A DNA stretch of 43,533 bases from Deinococcales bacterium. Its GTDB lineage: Bacteria > Deinococcota > Deinococci > Deinococcales > JAAFIG01. The translations under genes were made by a program, and so were the position numbers. Below the pieces are notes generated by a model. The model saw only the letters and a program-made list of their open reading frames with translations, was not told the DNA's origin and did not search any database. Below, one piece after another: positions 40,024-43,533 of the stretch (the first letter of the stretch is position 1; each line of letters opens with the position of its first letter). The stretch lies in NCBI GenBank assembly GCA_043778225.1, contig JAYWGM010000011.1:1-43533 (forward strand), given 5' to 3'.

Positions 40024-43000
40024 CACCTTCTTGGCATCATGCCTTCAAAAATATCCACGGTTTTGTCGTTCTGGTCTAGCACTTGAACATCTAGCCCGAG
40101 GCTGTGAAGTTCTTTGACCAAGACCTTAAACGATTCTGGGATGCTGGCATCTTGGACTTCTTCGCCTTTGACAATGCTTTGGTAGGCATCATCACGACCG
40201 CCAATATCGTCGGATTTGACGGTTAGGATTTCTTGCAGGGTGTGGGCTGCGCCGTATGCCTCGAGCGCCCAGACTTCCATTTCACCAAAGCGTTGACCAC
40301 CGTTCTGGGCTTTACCACCCAAGGGTTGCTGGGTAATCAGGCTGTACGGTCCAGTGCTGCGGGCGTGCATCTTGTCCTCGACCATGTGATAGAGCTTTAG
40401 GATGTACATTGTTCCAACCACCACAGGTCCTTCGATGGCTTCGCCGGTGCGCCCATCAAACAATGGGGTCTTACCAGTCCGCCAAAGTTTTTCTCGAGCT
40501 TCCTCGAGGGTTTGCGATGGGGTAATCACACCAAGGTTTTGGGAACGGGTAAAGACTTCGGCTTCGCGTTTGTCCATGCCGTAACCAAGGGCTTTGTGGG
40601 CATCGGCGGCAACTTTGGAAGTCTCGACCAAGCGGTCTTTAATTTCGTGTTCGGTGGCACTATCAAACACTGGGGTGACAAAGCTCACGCCCATCCGACG
40701 GGCAACTTCGCCAAGGTGAGTCTCGAGAATCTGCCCAAGGTTAAGGCGGCTTGGCACACCGAGCGGATTAAAGACCAAATCCACAGGTGTTCCGTCTGGC
40801 AGGTACGGCATATCTTCTGGGGCTTGGATTCGGGCAACCACACCTTTGTTACCGTGGCGGTTAGCGAGTTTATCGCCGACTTGGAGTTTGCGGCGTTGAG
40901 CCACATAAATACGCACCATTTCGCGCACACCGGGTTTCAGGTCTACGCCTTCTTCGCCGCGCTTAAAGCGGATGGTGCGAATCACAATTCCACCCTCGCC
41001 CGATGGAACTCGAGCCGAAGTGTCTTTCACTTCTCGGGCTTTTTCACCGAAGATTGAACGCAGTAAGCGTTCTTCTGGGGTTGGTTCGGTTTCGCCTTTG
41101 AAGCTGGTGTGACCGACCAGAATATCGCCTTGTTTGACTTCCGCGCCGACCCGAACAATGCCGTCTTCATCAAGGTCACGCAGGGCAGCTTCGGACAAGC
41201 CCGGAATATCTCGGGTAATTTTTTCTGGTCCGAGCTTGGTGTCTCGAGCTTCTTTTTCGTGCTTTTCGATGTGAATGCTGGTGTAGAAATCCTTGCGAAT
41301 CAGGTTTTCGGACAACACAATCGCGTCTTCGTAGTTGTAACCATCGAACGGCATAATCGCTACGGTAATGTTCTGACCGAGTGCTAAACGCCCTTGTCTC
41401 GAGGCTGGACCGTCGGCAATAACCTGTCCGACTTTGACTTTATCGCCAACCGCCACAATTGGGCGTTGGTCGTGATTTGTACCGGCGTTGCTGCGTTGGA
41501 AACGAATCAACTTATATTCTTTGATGTGATTTTTACCGTATTTAACGATAATTTTTGCACCATCAATTTCGGTCACTTCGCCGTCCACATCGCAGACCAG
41601 ACTTGTACCAGAATCCAAGACAATTCGCTCTTCGATACCTGTACCAACCATTGGCGGCTCGGCACGGACAAGCGGCACAGCTTGGGACTGCATATTTGAA
41701 CCCATCAAGGCACGGTTCGCGTCATCATGCTCGAGGAACGGAATTAAACTGGTGCTAATCGAAACAATTTGCTTCGGGGTAACATCCATGTAATCGCATT
41801 CTTCGCCGCTTACAATGACTGGATCGCCTTTTTTACGAGCAACAACCTGACCGGTCAGCATTCCATCAATCACCACAGTGCTGGCTTGAGCAATGATATA
41901 GCGGTCTTCGACGTGGGCAGTCATGTACTCGATGGTGTCGGACAATTTGCCTTTGTTGACTTTGCGGTACGGGGCTTCGATAAAGCCCAATGGATTGACC
42001 TTGGCAAAACTGGCGAGGCTCGAGATAAGACCAATGTTTGCGCCTTCTGGCGTTTCGATTGGGCAAATCCGCCCATAGTGGGTACGGTGAACGTCGCGGA
42101 CATCAAAACCAGCCCGTTCGCGGGTCAGACCACCGGGTCCAAGCGCTGAAATACGGCGTTTGTGACGAAGCTCCGAAAGCGGATTGATTTGGTCTTTGAA
42201 TTGGCTCAGTTGCGAACGCCCGAAGAATTCGCGCATTGCCGCCACCACTGGGCGGTTATTGACCAATTTACTGGGTGTGGCTGCATCTGGGTTGCCCAAG
42301 AGCATCCGTTCGCGCACGCCACGAGCCATACGCCCTAAGCCAACCCGAAATTGGTCACCTAAAAGCTCGCCAACGGTACGCACCCGACGGTTGCCAAGGT
42401 GGTCAATGTCGTCTTCGGAATAGGTCGGTTCGCCGCCTTGCAAGGTAAGCAGATACTGAATGGCTGAAATTAAGCCAGCATCCTTAAATTGCCCATCTTC
42501 AAAAATCAGCAGGGTTTTTTCTGGGTTTTTAATCCCGAGTTTGCTGTTGACCTTGAAGCGTCCAGCATCACCCAAATCGTAACGCTTGGGGTCGGCAAGT
42601 AAACCATACAAATACGACAGGGCTTTATCGCGCTTAGGTGGATCGCCCGGACGCAAAATCGTAAATAAGCGCAGCAGGGCTTCCTCGCCGCTCATACCTG
42701 CGGTTTTGTCTTCGTTAAAGGTGGCTTCTAACACCACATCTGCACCCTTAAAAATTTTTCGCATCGATTGGTCGTCGTAACCAAGCACCCGCAGCAACAT
42801 CGTGACTGGGAACTTGCGCTTGTTGATTTTCATCTCGAGAACGTCCGAGGTATTAAATTCGAGTTCAATCCACGGACCACGCTTTGGCATCGGGATAATC
42901 GAACCAGCGTACAAGGGCTTAGAGCCACGGTACGACTTGGTAAAATAGACACCCGGCGAACGGTGAATTTGGCTGACAATCACGCGGTCAGCCCCATTAA

Positions 43001-43391
43001 CGATAAAGCTGCCTTCTTCGGTCATCAGGGGTAAATCGCCCAAAAAGACCTTATCTTCTTTAATCAGACCCGTGTCGCGGTGAATCAATTGCAACTTGGC
43101 GAACATCGGAGCTTGATAGGTCAAATCCTTGTCGCGGCAATCTTCTGGGCTGTACGGTGGGTCGCCCAACTCGTACTCGAGGAAATCCAAAACCAAACCG
43201 CCGGTGCGGTTTTTCTCGGATTCGTCAATCGGAAAAATTTCTCTAAAAGAACCTTGTAAACCAAAGTCCTCGCGGTCTTTAGGCAGTACACCTTTTTGCA
43301 AAAAATGGTCAAATGAACCTATTTGCAACTCCACCAAGCGTGGAAGCTCGAGAATTTCTTTGATGCTGCCAAAACGGATGATTTCTTGCAT
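40023..43391 (-). CDS. rpoB: RNA polymerase beta subunit
   Basis: GDKLANRHGNKG, GGQRFGEME, Rif-cluster SQLSQFKDQ; ATG 43391 preceded by GGGAGCAGG. Confidence 0.99.
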   Translation of the reverse strand: MQEIIRFGSIKEILELPRLVELQIGSFDHFLQKGVLPKDREDFGLQGSFREIFPIDESEKNRTGGLVLDFLEYELGDPPYSPEDCRDKDLTYQAPMFAKLQLIHRDTGLIKEDKVFLGDLPLMTEEGSFIVNGADRVIVSQIHRSPGVYFTKSYRGSKPLYAGSIIPMPKRGPWIELEFNTSDVLEMKINKRKFPVTMLLRVLGYDDQSMRKIFKGADVVLEATFNEDKTAGMSGEEALLRLFTILRPGDPPKRDKALSYLYGLLADPKRYDLGDAGRFKVNSKLGIKNPEKTLLIFEDGQFKDAGLISAIQYLLTLQGGEPTYSEDDIDHLGNRRVRTVGELLGDQFRVGLGRMARGVRERMLLGNPDAATPSKLVNNRPVVAAMREFFGRSQLSQFKDQINPLSELRHKRRISALGPGGLTRERAGFDVRDVHRTHYGRICPIETPEGANIGLISSLASFAKVNPLGFIEAPYRKVNKGKLSDTIEYMTAHVEDRYIIAQASTVVIDGMLTGQVVARKKGDPVIVSGEECDYMDVTPKQIVSISTSLIPFLEHDDANRALMGSNMQSQAVPLVRAEPPMVGTGIEERIVLDSGTSLVCDVDGEVTEIDGAKIIVKYGKNHIKEYKLIRFQRSNAGTNHDQRPIVAVGDKVKVGQVIADGPASRQGRLALGQNITVAIMPFDGYNYEDAIVLSENLIRKDFYTSIHIEKHEKEARDTKLGPEKITRDIPGLSEAALRDLDEDGIVRVGAEVKQGDILVGHTSFKGETEPTPEERLLRSIFGEKAREVKDTSARVPSGEGGIVIRTIRFKRGEEGVDLKPGVREMVRIYVAQRRKLQVGDKLANRHGNKGVVARIQAPEDMPYLPDGTPVDLVFNPLGVPSRLNLGQILETHLGEVARRMGVSFVTPVFDSATEHEIKDRLVETSKVAADAHKALGYGMDKREAEVFTRSQNLGVITPSQTLEEAREKLWRTGKTPLFDGRTGEAIEGPVVVGTMYILKLYHMVEDKMHARSTGPYSLITQQPLGGKAQNGGQRFGEMEVWALEAYGAAHTLQEILTVKSDDIGGRDDAYQSIVKGEEVQDASIPESFKVLVKELHSLGLDVQVLDQNDKTVDIFEGMMPRR

Positions 43392-43533
43392 CCTGCTCCC
43401 TATATCCAGTACCGTCAAACCGGTCTGGCTGTGCGAAAAAAACGAATCGCCGAAAAAGCCTAAACCTTGTTTGTCAGTGCCAATCATGGGTGACGCAACA
43501 AGACCGCAGGCGAGAACCTGCGGAGAGTGAGAA

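Noticed and set aside
43392..43487. 32-aa N-terminal extension of RpoB
   Set aside because: ATG 43391 has an SD and gives the typical start; the extension is most likely untranslated leader.
35527..43530. Many antisense ORFs over rpoBC and other core genes
   Set aside because: These are shadow frames of long coding genes, with no motifs or translation signals.

Overview
Chromosomal window from a Deinococcota (Deinococcus-Thermus) bacterium of roughly 50% GC, judged from rpoB/rpoC, sdh and ruvC features and many leaderless -10/start-codon modules. Core genes: kdpABC, a NitT/TauT-type ABC transporter, fdhD, a cyclophilin, sdhCDAB, a xanthorhodopsin/Gloeobacter-type DTE proton-pump rhodopsin, ruvC, two enoyl-CoA hydratases, VanW, fasciclin, an AI-2E permease and rpoBC. 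Most notable observations: (1) the palindrome CTCGAG is hugely over-represented in all reading frames (HIP-like) but absent from a 2.4-kb AT-rich block; (2) a three-gene lipoprotein operon (gluzincin-type metallopeptidase plus two paralogues) has an (AGCAG)5 tract right after the SD-backed ATG, which puts the first gene out of frame and suggests a phase-variation switch; (3) a 39-40-bp structured mini-element occurs three times, once nested inside itself and within an octamer-repeat hairpin; (4) the region downstream of rpoC is a toxin-antitoxin/defence hotspot with intact and decayed TA modules, a Panacea pair and an amidohydrolase + KAP NTPase pair. All family calls come from motif recognition by eye; no searches were run.
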